From positions 52,102 through 116,101 of the forward strand of contig JAKQOW010000032.1 of NCBI GenBank assembly GCA_029565065.1: a DNA stretch of 64,000 bases, written 5' to 3'. The translations under genes were made by a program, and so were the position numbers. Positions 36,439 through 46,463 of this stretch are shown here, one piece after another (position 1 is the first letter of the stretch; each line of letters begins with the position of its first letter). This stretch comes from Acidobacteriota bacterium. Lineage in GTDB: Bacteria > Acidobacteriota > JAAYUB01. Under the pieces are notes generated by a model that was given only the letters and a program-made list of their open reading frames with translations, did no database searches and was not told where the DNA came from.

Positions 36439-37316
36439 TCCGGCGATGGCTCCGCCGCCTCGCGGCCACGACACTGTTGCTGTGTCTGGGCGTCGTGACC
36501 GGCTGGGCTGCGAGTCCGGATCCCGCGCCGTCGTCCGAGACGCCCATTGATCAGGCGTTCCGGCATCTGTACAACTTCGACTTCGCGGGCAGCCTCGCCG
36601 TTCTATACGACGCCGAACGAGCTCAATCCGACAACCCCCTGGTGTACTCGGTGCGGGCCGGAACCTATTTGTTCATGGAAATGGACCGGCTCAAAATCCT
36701 GGAGACCCGCTTTTTCCTCAACGATGACAATATGGTGGACGGGACCGGCAAACCGGAACCCGATCCGGCCGTCCGGAACAAGCTGTTCGCCACTCTGGAG
36801 CGCTGCCGCCAGGTCGCCGGCCAGCGGCTGAAGGCGGACCCTGACGACGTGGACGCCCTCTTCGCCATGTGCATGGCCGCCGGTGTCGAAACCGACTACG
36901 CCGCGCTGGTGGAACGGCGCACCTGGCGGAGCCTGCGGTTGGCGCCCACCATGCTGGTGCACGCGAAGAAGCTGCTGGCGAGGACGCCGCCCTTTTACGA
37001 TGCCTACCTCAACTTCGGCTCGCTGGAGTATGTGGTGGGCGACCTCCCCTTCTTCATCCGCTGGTTCATCCGCTACGACGGGGTCAAGGGGAGCAAGCAG
37101 CGGGGGATCGAGCAGCTGAAACTGACCGCCAGCCAGGGCCGCTACTATGGTCCCTACGCCCGGATCCTGCTCGCGGTGGTCTATCTGAGGGAGAACCGGC
37201 CGGACGAATCCAGCCGGCTGCTGGAAGGGCTGAGCCGGGAGTTTCCGGAAAACCACCTGTTCCGCGACGAGCTGGCCCGGATCCGCCAGCAGGTCGAGCA
37301 GCACCGAAACAAATAA
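36435..37316 (+). CDS. secreted hypothetical α-helical protein
   Basis: Signal peptide MIRRWLRRLAATTLLLCLGVVTGWAAS. 293 aa. Translationally coupled to the upstream small membrane gene. Confidence 0.6.
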   Translation: MIRRWLRRLAATTLLLCLGVVTGWAASPDPAPSSETPIDQAFRHLYNFDFAGSLAVLYDAERAQSDNPLVYSVRAGTYLFMEMDRLKILETRFFLNDDNMVDGTGKPEPDPAVRNKLFATLERCRQVAGQRLKADPDDVDALFAMCMAAGVETDYAALVERRTWRSLRLAPTMLVHAKKLLARTPPFYDAYLNFGSLEYVVGDLPFFIRWFIRYDGVKGSKQRGIEQLKLTASQGRYYGPYARILLAVVYLRENRPDESSRLLEGLSREFPENHLFRDELARIRQQVEQHRNK

Positions 37317-37381
37317 ATACAAAGGAACATCCGGGTGAGGAAAGGGCGGATGCCGGAGCGCTCCGCCCCGGCATCCGACGG

Positions 37382-37411
37382 CCCCGGCTGGCGCCGGGTT
37401 TACTTTTTCTG
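37382..37411 (+). terminator. putative rho-independent terminator
   Basis: The hairpin ccccggc-tggc-gccgggt is followed by TTTACTTTTTCT. It overlaps the 3' end of convergent sdhB. Confidence 0.45.
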
Positions 37412-38278
37412 ATCCACGGTGAACGCGGGCGTGGCCGGAACGTTCGGCGCCTTCACCGCGTTGTCCTGCTGCGCCGGCATCAGACCGGCGCTTTCCGGTG
37501 TCCGGCAGCCCATGATGGCGCGCTTCACGATTTCCTTCTTCAGGAGCTGGATGGCGAACGCCGGATCGATCCCCTTGGGGCAGGCCTCGGAGCAGGCACC
37601 GGCGAAGTGGCAACGGAAGATGCCGAACTTGTTGTCAATCTCCTGCAGCCGTTCGGCAAATCCCTCGTCGCGGGTGTCGTAGACGTACCGCAGCGCCTGG
37701 CCCAGCGGCTGCGGCCCCGGAAACTCCTGCAGCGACGCCACCGTCGGGCACGCCGACATGCACAGTCCGCACTTCAAGCAATAGGAGAACTGAAGGTACC
37801 GGACCAGTTCCTCTTCGGTCTGATGGAATTCGCCGGCGATGGCCTCCGGCGGCGTCTCGGTGCGGATGATGTACGGTTTAATCCGGGTGTGCGCGTCGAT
37901 CATCCGGCTCTGGTCGGTGACCAGGTCCTTGACGATGGGATAATTGGGCAGCGGCCGGATCTCGATCACATCGGCATGCAGCTTCAGAACCTGAGTCTGG
38001 CAGGCCAGCAGCGGCTTGCCGTGAATGAACATGCCGCAGGAGCCGCACACGCCCATCCGGCACGCCGCGCGCCATGACAGGGTATGGTCCAGGTTGGCCT
38101 TGATCCAGATCAGCGCGTCGAGGATGGTCATCCCGGACGGGACCGGCACCTTGTAATCGACCAGCCGGCCGTCCTCGCCCCAGGTGCCGGAGCTGTCCCA
38201 GCGGTAGATCCGGAGGATCACGTCCTGCACGGCTTTGGTGACGTCAATGACCTTGTTGGGATCGCTGCACATGCTCAA
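37400..38278 (-). CDS. sdhB: succinate dehydrogenase/fumarate reductase iron-sulfur subunit
   Basis: 2Fe-2S CRMGVCGSCGM. 4Fe-4S CLKCGLCMSACP. 3Fe-4S CHFAGACSEACP. Confidence 0.9.
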   Translation of the reverse strand: MSMCSDPNKVIDVTKAVQDVILRIYRWDSSGTWGEDGRLVDYKVPVPSGMTILDALIWIKANLDHTLSWRAACRMGVCGSCGMFIHGKPLLACQTQVLKLHADVIEIRPLPNYPIVKDLVTDQSRMIDAHTRIKPYIIRTETPPEAIAGEFHQTEEELVRYLQFSYCLKCGLCMSACPTVASLQEFPGPQPLGQALRYVYDTRDEGFAERLQEIDNKFGIFRCHFAGACSEACPKGIDPAFAIQLLKKEIVKRAIMGCRTPESAGLMPAQQDNAVKAPNVPATPAFTVDQKK

Positions 38279-38685
38279 CCTCCCAGGGGCGGATTCAGGT
38301 GACCGGCCAGGACCGTGTACACCCCGTACACGGCGGCGGCGATGCCGATGCTGAGGATGATCACGCCAACCACCTGTTTGGCCTTGGCGGAGAACTTAAG
38401 CTCGTAAATCATGGACCGGAGCCCGTACAGCCCGTGGAACAGGCCGAACACCACCAGCAGGAGATAGACGGCGGTCATGGATACGGACTGCATCCGGGGC
38501 AGCACGGCGTGCTGAAAATTCAGCGATCCCACCAGATGGCCGCCCGACTGCCAGGCGGCCTGGGGGATGAAGCCCAGCCAGGTCAGGATGGAATCAAAAT
38601 GTTGGATGACCGTGTGAACGCCCAACAGCAGGATGAGGGCCAAGCCCGAAATCAGATGCCAGAACCAGAGTCGTGATTCTTTCAT
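38275..38685 (-). CDS. sdhD: succinate dehydrogenase hydrophobic anchor subunit (SdhD-like)
   Basis: Three transmembrane helices with a conserved His (GVHTVIQHF). Its end overlaps the sdhB start in an ATGA coupling. Confidence 0.65.
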   Translation of the reverse strand: MKESRLWFWHLISGLALILLLGVHTVIQHFDSILTWLGFIPQAAWQSGGHLVGSLNFQHAVLPRMQSVSMTAVYLLLVVFGLFHGLYGLRSMIYELKFSAKAKQVVGVIILSIGIAAAVYGVYTVLAGHLNPPLGG

Positions 38686-38694
38686 GGCGCCCTC

Positions 38695-39126
38695 CTACAA
38701 CACCCGGATCAGGTTGAAGAAGTCGGCCGTTCCCACGACCGCCAGCACGAACACCACGGCCAGGATCGCGTAGAAGAAAATCCGGTTGCGGTCCAGGCAG
38801 GTCTGATAGGGATAGACGTTTTTGATGGGGCGTCCGAGGCCGAGACCGAACTCCGCCCAGACCAAGCGGAAGCCGTTGCAGGCGTGGATGATGATCGCGA
38901 GGAAGAGAAAGTACTCGCCGATGTGCAGGGGCTGCACCGCGTCCATGGCGCCGGCCCAAGCCGCCTCGCCGGCGTTTTTCTGGGCCGTCACATAGAGGTG
39001 GATCAGCAGGTACAGGATGATTCCCAGCCCGGTGATCCGCTGCAGGGTGTACGCGTACCGCTGGAGGCTATACCGCCCGGCATAGACCCAGCCCCTGATC
39101 CCCAGATCGTTGTCCTTTGCTGCCAT
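38695..39126 (-). CDS. sdhC: succinate dehydrogenase cytochrome b subunit (SdhC-like)
   Basis: Three transmembrane helices and a heme-ligand His in IIIHACNGFRLVW. Confidence 0.65.
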   Translation of the reverse strand: MAAKDNDLGIRGWVYAGRYSLQRYAYTLQRITGLGIILYLLIHLYVTAQKNAGEAAWAGAMDAVQPLHIGEYFLFLAIIIHACNGFRLVWAEFGLGLGRPIKNVYPYQTCLDRNRIFFYAILAVVFVLAVVGTADFFNLIRVL

Positions 39127-39135
39127 GGTGGCCTC

Positions 39136-40854
39136 CTAGTATTTCCGCTCCACCGGTTTCCAGTGGGTGATGGTGACCGGGATGTAATCCAGGCGCATGC
39201 CATCGCCGTCCTGGTAAACCATGGTGTGCTTCAGGAAGTTCTCGTCATCCCGCGTCGCAAAGTCGCGCCGGGCGTGACCGCCCCGCGACTCCCGGCGCGC
39301 CAACGCGCCGTGCACGGCGGCTTCGGCGCAGATCAGCAGGTACTCCATCTCCAGCGCCGTCAGCAGGTCGGTGTTGTAAACGCGCTGCTTGTCGGCAATG
39401 CCCGACCGGGCGAAACGGGCCTTGAGCTCGGCGATGCCATCCTTGGCCTTCTGGATCGATTCGCCGGTCCGGAACACGCCCATGTTGAGGTCCATGAGGT
39501 TCCGCAGGTCGTCCCGGATGGCGTACATGTTCTCCTCGCCGCCGCGGCCGAGCAGGTCGACGAACACCCGCTTCTCCTCTTCGGCCACCCTGGCCTGGCT
39601 CAGTTCCGCAAAGGCCGCTTCCCTGGCGCAGTAAGCCGCGGCCAACGCCCCGGTGATCTTGCCCCAGACCAGGCACTCGGCCGTGGAGTTGGAGCCCAGG
39701 CGGTTGGCGCCGTGCATGCTCACGCAGGCGGCCTCGCCCGCCGACCAGATTCCGGGCGTCGGCGTGGCGCCGTCGATGTCGGTGTGAATGCCGCCCATGG
39801 AGTAATGCGCCACCGGCCGGATGGGGATGGGCGCGTCGGTCGGATCGACGCCGATGAACTTCATGCAGATCTCGCGGATCAGCGGCAGGCGGTCCTTGAT
39901 CCGCTCGGCCCCGAGATGGCGCAGGTCCAGGTGGATGTAGTCCAGGCCGCGGGGGCCCTGATAGCCCTTGCCGGCCTCCAACTCCTTGATGATGGAGCGC
40001 GACACCAGATCGCGCGGCGCCAGCTCCATCTTCTCGGGCGCGTACCGTTTCAGGAACCGCTCGCCCTCGCTGTTGACCAGATAGCCGCCCTCGCCCCGGC
40101 AGGCCTCAGTCATCAGGATGCCGGACGGGATCAGGCCGGTCGGATGGAACTGGAGGAACTCCATGTCCTTCAGCGGCAGGCCGGCCTTGAACGCCAGCGC
40201 CATGCCGTCCCCGGTGACGGTGTGGGCATACGTGGTGAATCCGAACATCCGCCCCGTGCCGCCGGTAGCGATGATGAGCGCCTTGCCCTGGAAGGCCAGC
40301 AGCTCGCCGGTGGTCATGTCAATCGCCGTCAGACCGGCGAACCGGCCGTCCGCTGTCTGGATCGAGGTGACGAAGGTCTCGTCATACCGGCTGAAATTGT
40401 TGTACTTCAGCAGCGTGTCATAGAGGGTCTGCATCTCGAAGAAGCCGGTCTTGTCCGCGGCGTAGACCGCCCGGTTGAAGGAGTGCCCGCCGAACGGCCG
40501 CTGGGCGATCCGGCCGTCGGGGCGCCGGGACCACGGGATTCCCCATTTGTCCAGCAGCTGGATCTCGGCCGGCATCATTTCCACGAAACGAAAGACCGCA
40601 TCCTGGTCGGCCAGAAAGTCGGAGCCTTTGACCGTATCCCACGCGTGCAGCTCCAGAGAGTCGCCCTCCTCCGGTCGAAGCACGGCGGCGGTACCGCCTT
40701 CGGCGGCCACGGAGTGGGAACGCATCAACTGCACCTTGGAGATCAGGCCGATGTTCAACCGTCCCTGAGTGACAATGGACGCCTCCAGCGCGGCCCGAAG
40801 CCCGGCCAGGCCCGAACCCAAGATCAGCAGATCATGACGAATGGTTCTAGCCAT
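39136..40854 (-). CDS. sdhA: succinate dehydrogenase/fumarate reductase flavoprotein subunit
   Basis: FAD-binding [10 protein letters not shown], the covalent-FAD His in [10 protein letters not shown], and HYSMGG. 572 aa. Confidence 0.9.
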   Translation of the reverse strand: MARTIRHDLLILGSGLAGLRAALEASIVTQGRLNIGLISKVQLMRSHSVAAEGGTAAVLRPEEGDSLELHAWDTVKGSDFLADQDAVFRFVEMMPAEIQLLDKWGIPWSRRPDGRIAQRPFGGHSFNRAVYAADKTGFFEMQTLYDTLLKYNNFSRYDETFVTSIQTADGRFAGLTAIDMTTGELLAFQGKALIIATGGTGRMFGFTTYAHTVTGDGMALAFKAGLPLKDMEFLQFHPTGLIPSGILMTEACRGEGGYLVNSEGERFLKRYAPEKMELAPRDLVSRSIIKELEAGKGYQGPRGLDYIHLDLRHLGAERIKDRLPLIREICMKFIGVDPTDAPIPIRPVAHYSMGGIHTDIDGATPTPGIWSAGEAACVSMHGANRLGSNSTAECLVWGKITGALAAAYCAREAAFAELSQARVAEEEKRVFVDLLGRGGEENMYAIRDDLRNLMDLNMGVFRTGESIQKAKDGIAELKARFARSGIADKQRVYNTDLLTALEMEYLLICAEAAVHGALARRESRGGHARRDFATRDDENFLKHTMVYQDGDGMRLDYIPVTITHWKPVERKY

Positions 40855-40961
40855 CGCGCGCCTTCCTTGTTGAGATTTTCTCGAATCTTAAGTGGAACGG
40901 CAGCGCCAAGTCAAGGCCTTCCCGTTTTCGCTCATCGAAAAAATCAGGTGCGTGCCGGAAG

Positions 40962-41612
40962 GTGAGCGGCTATAATCGGGCCACACGATTCTGGCTGGAC
41001 ACTGAGGGACCATCCGACGCTATGCCGACCCTGGACGAAGAATTGGCGGAACTCGAAAAGCGGATCCGCCAGCTGAAAATCGAGTACGACATCTTCCTCA
41101 TCGGCGGGAAGAAGACCCCGCCCCGCAACCTCCAGAGCTCGGTGGACACGATGATCCAGCGCCTGCTCGAGGAGAAGCGGTTCGCGTTCGCGCAGAAATT
41201 CAAGTTCCAAACTCTGGTCGCCCGTTACAGCAGCTACCGCGAGCTCTGGCGCAAGAAGAACCAGGAACGCGAGGAGAAGGGCATCCTGCGCAGCGAGGAA
41301 GAGCTGCAGTCCATGATCGAGCACGGACTCACCCGGCCGCTGGAGACCACCCCTCCCGACAAATATGTATTTGTCACCGACAATCCCGCCGCCGAACCCC
41401 AGCAGCTCCAGGCCATGTTCGATTTCCTGAACGAGGCTCATCGCCGGGTCGGCGACAACCCGCCGAACATGGACTTTGACAAATTCCGGAAACTGATCGA
41501 AACCCGGACCGAGGAGATCCGAAAAAAATACAAGTGCCGGTATGTCGAGTTCTCCGTGTCCGTGGACAGCGACGAGAACAAGGTGAAATTTGCAGCCAAA
41601 CTGAAAAAGTAA
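40962..41612 (+). CDS. hypothetical highly charged protein
   Basis: Lys/Glu-rich ORF with no motif I recognise. The likely start is the internal MPTLDEE at about 41022. Confidence 0.5.
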   Translation: MSGYNRATRFWLDTEGPSDAMPTLDEELAELEKRIRQLKIEYDIFLIGGKKTPPRNLQSSVDTMIQRLLEEKRFAFAQKFKFQTLVARYSSYRELWRKKNQEREEKGILRSEEELQSMIEHGLTRPLETTPPDKYVFVTDNPAAEPQQLQAMFDFLNEAHRRVGDNPPNMDFDKFRKLIETRTEEIRKKYKCRYVEFSVSVDSDENKVKFAAKLKK

Positions 41613-41740
41613 GACGGCCGCAGCGAAAAGGGTTGCAACCCAACCGTCCGGTGCGGTATCAATAATATCCTCCGACACGATAGTTGTTGTGCTAATATGT
41701 TTTTACTGTTTTCTGATTGATCTAGGTTGAGGGTATTACC

Positions 41741-43666
41741 ATGAAGAAATTTATGCTGACTCTGACAATCCTCGCCGCACTCGGTGCCGGAGTGGCGGCC
41801 CAGGGCGGACCGTTTTCCGGCAACGCCGAGGTCTACCTCCAGCTCACCCCGGCGACACCCGCCATCAACAGCACGTTCGAGGTGGACGTGTACGTGGACT
41901 TGACCGGGATCACCGGTTCCGGATCCACCGCGGCAGCGCTGGGCGGATTCGCCATCCCGGTTGCCTTCGACAACTCCCGGCTGACTTTGACATCCGTCGA
42001 GGCGGGCACCAGCGGCTCCTTCACTCCCGGCGACCTGGTGTTCACCGACCTGCCCCGCGCCAACGCCCGCGGATTCGTCACCGTGGTGAACACGCAGACG
42101 GCCTCGGGCACGCCGACCGGCATCGTCCACGTGGCCACCCTGACCTTCCAGACGGGTCCCCAGGGGGGCCGGGTCCGGTTCAACGTCAACTCCGCCCGCA
42201 CCATCCACGAGGGATCGCTGGCTTCGACCTACACCGCCGCCAACGGTGGGCCGGATGAGATTCCTTACGACGATGAGGCCGCCCTGGTCACCATCGCGAC
42301 CGGAGGCACATCCTACAGCATCTATTATCCGGTTTTCATCTCCGGCGACGCCGACTTCATGGGCGTCACCGTGGTCAACGAGGGCGTCGCCACGGAGAAC
42401 CTGAACTTCCGGGCTTACAATCCCGCCGGTCAACTCATCACCCAGGCCGGCATGACCAACCCCAACGTGAGCGACGGCCCCCTGGCGCCGCTGCAGCAGT
42501 ATGTCCGTATGAGCCACAACCTCTTCGGCAGCTCCGGCGCGCTGGACATCGAACATGGCTGGATCGAAGTGACCGCCAACGAGCACAACCTGAGCGGCTT
42601 CTTCCTGATCGGCCACTTTGAGGGCGCGGACATCACCCAGATGGACGGCGCCGAAGTGGGACACCAGGTCGCCTCCCGGGTGATCTTCCCGATCCTGGGC
42701 AAGGACGCCGCCCGCGACACCGACTTGTACGCGATCAATCCCGGCACGACGGCCGCCGCCGGCAACTTGCTGATGAAAGACAATCTCGGCAATACCGTCC
42801 AGACCATTCCCGTCAACATCCCGGCGCACGGCGTATACGAGGGCACCTTCACCGCGAACACCCTGGACCGCTACTTCGACCTCACCCTGACCTCCGGCGA
42901 GGTGCTCGGCTTCCAGTTCTTCGGCAACGCCAACGCCCTGGCCGGCCTCAACGCCCAGGCGGCGGCGGACACAACGGCCAACATTCTGTACGACGCCCAC
43001 TTCGCCTCCGGCAACTACGGGATCCGCTATTTCACGGAAATCAATGTGATCAACGCCTCCGCCCAGGTGGCCAACCTCACCTTGCACCTGATCAACGACG
43101 CGGGGAGCGAGATCGTCACTCCCGTCGCCCGCACCCTCAATCCCGGCGCCCAACTCCGGGTGATGGGACACACCCTGTTCGGCTTGCCCGATCCACTGAC
43201 CGCCGCGGATGGCGTGAGCGGTTCCGTCATGATCGAGAGCGATCAGGGTGTGGTCGGATCCATCACCTTCGGTGACGCTCAGAACGGCCTCTTCCTGGCC
43301 AGCTTGCCGTTGCTCTCCACCTCGGCCGCCAAGCGCGAAATCTACCTGGACCACGTGGCGATCGGCCTGATCGGCACGGTCAACTACTGGACGGGCATCG
43401 CGCTGGTCAATCCCAGCCGGACTCGCACCGCCTCCATCAACCTTCAGCTATACGATCAGAACGGCAACCTGACGGCTCAAACCGCCACGCCGGTCGAGTT
43501 GGCTCCCGGTCAGCGCACGTCGCGCATGCTCCCCAACTTCTTCCCGGGATTCAGCGGCAGCCAGTTCGGCGGCTTCGTCCGGCTGACTTCGGACGTCGAA
43601 GTGTTCTCCTTCATGCTCTTCGGCGACGTCAGCCTGAATTTCCTCGCGGCGGTGCCGGTTCGGTAA
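41741..43666 (+). CDS. secreted protein with an N-terminal cohesin-like domain and C-terminal β-sandwich repeats
   Basis: Preceded by an AT-rich region. Signal peptide MKKFMLTLTILAALGAGVAAQG. The segment FEVDVYVDLTGITGSGSTAAALGGFAIPVAFDNSRLTLTSVEAG...GIVHVATLTFQT follows the cohesin pattern. The antisense 638-aa ORF is Gly/Val/Asp-rich junk. Confidence 0.7.
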   Translation: MKKFMLTLTILAALGAGVAAQGGPFSGNAEVYLQLTPATPAINSTFEVDVYVDLTGITGSGSTAAALGGFAIPVAFDNSRLTLTSVEAGTSGSFTPGDLVFTDLPRANARGFVTVVNTQTASGTPTGIVHVATLTFQTGPQGGRVRFNVNSARTIHEGSLASTYTAANGGPDEIPYDDEAALVTIATGGTSYSIYYPVFISGDADFMGVTVVNEGVATENLNFRAYNPAGQLITQAGMTNPNVSDGPLAPLQQYVRMSHNLFGSSGALDIEHGWIEVTANEHNLSGFFLIGHFEGADITQMDGAEVGHQVASRVIFPILGKDAARDTDLYAINPGTTAAAGNLLMKDNLGNTVQTIPVNIPAHGVYEGTFTANTLDRYFDLTLTSGEVLGFQFFGNANALAGLNAQAAADTTANILYDAHFASGNYGIRYFTEINVINASAQVANLTLHLINDAGSEIVTPVARTLNPGAQLRVMGHTLFGLPDPLTAADGVSGSVMIESDQGVVGSITFGDAQNGLFLASLPLLSTSAAKREIYLDHVAIGLIGTVNYWTGIALVNPSRTRTASINLQLYDQNGNLTAQTATPVELAPGQRTSRMLPNFFPGFSGSQFGGFVRLTSDVEVFSFMLFGDVSLNFLAAVPVR

Positions 43667-43721
43667 TCCGTCCGCGTGACGCACTGAGAATCCCCAAACC
43701 CCCTGGGCCCGCCCAGGGGGT

Positions 43722-45482
43722 TTGTGTTATCCGGCAGGCGACATGCGATCCAACCGGGAATGGACAATCTTCCAACGCAAGCAGGCGGACGACTGTCTGG
43801 TGGGCGTGGTCTACCCGGCCGCCTACGCGGTGGGGATGAGCAACCTCGGCTTCCAATGGGTGCTTCGGCAGCTGGACATCACCCCGGGATTCTTCGGCGA
43901 ACGGTTTTTCCACACACCCGGTGCCGCGGCGCCCCGGTCGCTGGAGGGTCGCCGGCGCCCGGGCGACTGCCACCTACTGGCCTTTTCCGTGTCGTTCGAG
44001 ACCGACTACCTCGCCGTGCTGCAGTTCCTGGCGGCTGCCGGGCTGCCGCTCCAGTCCGCCCAGCGGGACCGGCGGCATCCGCTCGTGGTGGCCGGCGGCG
44101 CCGCCCTGCAGGTGAATCCGGAGCCGCTGGCGTTGTTCGTGGACCTCGTCGTGGTGGGCGAGGCGGAAGCCGCCTGGGCCGAGCTCTTGGCGGTGTACCG
44201 CGACACCGCCGACCGCCAGGAACTGCTGGTCCGCCTCGCCGGGAGGCCGGGATTCTATGTCCCCTCGTGGTGGGAGATCCGCTATGGCGACGACGGGGCG
44301 ATCGTGCAGCAGGAGCGGACCGCCGACGCGCCGGCCGGCGCCGAACCGGTGGTCCGCCTGCCGGTGCTCACCGCCGATGATCTGGCTGCGTTGGAACCGC
44401 CGTTCACCAATCTGCTGAGCACCGGCACCGAGTTCGCCCGGACCCTGCTGGTGGAGGTCGCCCGCGGCTGTCCCACCGGCTGCCGGTACTGCTGGGCCGG
44501 TTACCGCTATCGGCCGGTGCGGCCCTTCGCCGAGAGCCGGATCCTCGCGATCGCCGATGCCGCCCGCGGCCACACGGACAAGATCGGCCTCGTCTCGACG
44601 GCCGTCGGCCAGTACCCCGATCTGGCCCGCCTGATGGCCGACCTGCACCGCCGCGGATTCCACCTCGGTCTGTCGTCGATGCGGCTGGCGGATCTCACTC
44701 CGGAGTTGCTGCGCATCCTCGCCGAAGGCGGCGAGGACACGCTCACCCTGGCGCCGGAGACGGGCGCCGATTCTATGCGCGCCCGGCTCAACAAGCCGTT
44801 CACCAACGAGCAGCTCCTGGACGGCTGTCGCACGGCCCGGGCTGCGGGGATCCGCCGCGTCCGCCTCTATTTCATGGCGGGACTCCCCGGCGAGGAACCG
44901 GCGGACGCCGACGCGGCCGCCGCGCTAGCCGAAGCGGCCGGCCGGGCCCTGACCGGCCGCACCGGGGATGGCCGATTGCCGGTGACGGTGTCGCTCTCCC
45001 CGTTTGTGCCCAAGCCCAACACCCCCTTTCAATATGCGGCGATGCCCCCCCTCCCCGAGCTGCGGGCGACGCTGCGCCGATACGCCGCCGCGTTTCGCCG
45101 CCGCGGAATCGACGCGCAGATCGGTTCCGCCCGGGAGGCCCACCTCCAGTGGCGCCTGGCCACCGGCAGCCGGGTGACGGGTCAACAGCTGGTGGCGGTG
45201 GCGGAAGGCACGGCTGATCCCGCCGATCTGATCGCTGAACACAGCGCCGTCGCGGCGCGCCCGTTCGTCGCCACGCCGGGCCGCCGCCCGCCGTGGGCAA
45301 TGACCACGTGGGGTTTGTCGGAGAACCATATCCTCGAAGAATGGCGCCGGTTCCGGTCGGGCGACCTCACCCCTCCTTGCCCCAGTCTCGCCGGATGCAC
45401 GCGGTGCGGGATCTGCGGAAGCACGGATCCGTCACCCGACGCTCCCCCATCTCGGCCCGACGATCCTGAATCCACCCGTTGA
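43722..45482 (+). CDS. B12-binding-domain radical SAM protein with a long C-terminal extension
   Basis: CPTGCRYC (a C-x3-C-x2-C radical-SAM cluster) follows a B12-binding-like N-terminal region. The C-terminal part is about 200 aa and Ala/Arg-rich, ending in the Cys cluster CPSLAGCTRCGICGS. Confidence 0.75.
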   Translation: MCYPAGDMRSNREWTIFQRKQADDCLVGVVYPAAYAVGMSNLGFQWVLRQLDITPGFFGERFFHTPGAAAPRSLEGRRRPGDCHLLAFSVSFETDYLAVLQFLAAAGLPLQSAQRDRRHPLVVAGGAALQVNPEPLALFVDLVVVGEAEAAWAELLAVYRDTADRQELLVRLAGRPGFYVPSWWEIRYGDDGAIVQQERTADAPAGAEPVVRLPVLTADDLAALEPPFTNLLSTGTEFARTLLVEVARGCPTGCRYCWAGYRYRPVRPFAESRILAIADAARGHTDKIGLVSTAVGQYPDLARLMADLHRRGFHLGLSSMRLADLTPELLRILAEGGEDTLTLAPETGADSMRARLNKPFTNEQLLDGCRTARAAGIRRVRLYFMAGLPGEEPADADAAAALAEAAGRALTGRTGDGRLPVTVSLSPFVPKPNTPFQYAAMPPLPELRATLRRYAAAFRRRGIDAQIGSAREAHLQWRLATGSRVTGQQLVAVAEGTADPADLIAEHSAVAARPFVATPGRRPPWAMTTWGLSENHILEEWRRFRSGDLTPPCPSLAGCTRCGICGSTDPSPDAPPSRPDDPESTR

Positions 45483-45587
45483 GTGCCCGCGTCTCGACTA
45501 TTCCTCGTCAGCCACAGGCATAGTCCCCCTCATCCCCCCTGTTTACTGTTCACTGTTCACCGTTCGCCCGCCGCTGTTCTTTGTCAT

Positions 45588-46244
45588 CTATGGCAGCCCC
45601 AGATGTTTGTGGAGTTGGATCTGGAGTCGCACCGGCAGGTGGTCCTCCAGGATCCAGCGGGCCAAGTCTGCCGGCGGAAGCCCGGGGGTGGCGGGCGCGA
45701 ACAGCACTTCCACACCGGCCGGCAGCGGATGGGCCATGAGGTATTCCCGCGCCCATTCGTAGTCCGCGCGGTCGGTCAGCACGAACTTCAGCTGGTCCGG
45801 CGGCCGCAGCTGGTCCAGATTCTCCGCCCGCATCCGGTGGGCCATGCCGGATCCGGGCGTCTTGATGTCCATGATCCGGACGACGCGGCCGTCCACGACG
45901 TCCAGCGGCAGCGACCCGTTGGTCTCCAGCAGCACCCGGCGGCCATCGGCCAGCAGCCGGCGGCACAGCTCGGGCACGCCGGCCTGGAGCAGCGGCTCGC
46001 CGCCGGTGATCTCCACCAGCGGGCAGCCGAAGGCGGCAACCGCCGCGATCACTTCATCCACGGACATCGCTCGGCCGTCTGTCCGCGCGGCGGGCGTGTC
46101 GCAATAGCGGCAGTCCAGGTTGCATCCGGCGAGGCGGACAAAGGCGCAGGGACGCCCGGCGAACGTGGATTCTCCCTGGATGCTGAAGAAGATTTCCGCG
46201 ACAGCCAGCTTCACAACAACCTCCCGAGCCGGCGGGTCGGACAA
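45588..46244 (-). CDS. queE: 7-carboxy-7-deazaguanine synthase
   Basis: EIFFSIQGE N-terminal motif and a CNLDCRYC radical-SAM cluster. 218 aa. Confidence 0.85.
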   Translation of the reverse strand: MSDPPAREVVVKLAVAEIFFSIQGESTFAGRPCAFVRLAGCNLDCRYCDTPAARTDGRAMSVDEVIAAVAAFGCPLVEITGGEPLLQAGVPELCRRLLADGRRVLLETNGSLPLDVVDGRVVRIMDIKTPGSGMAHRMRAENLDQLRPPDQLKFVLTDRADYEWAREYLMAHPLPAGVEVLFAPATPGLPPADLARWILEDHLPVRLQIQLHKHLGLP

Positions 46245-46274
46245 AAAAGGCCTGCGTGATGCAGGCCGTTTATC

Positions 46275-46367
<93 letters not shown>

Positions 46368-46463
46368 TCGAAAGATCGCTCTCGGGCTCCCCCTTATAGC
46401 ACAACCCCCCGGACGCTTCAACCGAAAACACGCCCGGACACGGCTCCGGCCACGCCGCACCCG

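Noticed and set aside
38884-40965. 693-aa plus-strand ORF antisense to sdhA and sdhC
   Set aside because: The minus strand encodes textbook SdhA with FAD and covalent-His motifs. The plus ORF is Arg/Gly/His-rich junk.
41438-43354. 638-aa minus-strand ORF antisense to the cohesin-like gene
   Set aside because: Gly/Val/Asp-rich and featureless. The plus strand has a signal peptide, an AT-rich promoter region and a cohesin-like domain.
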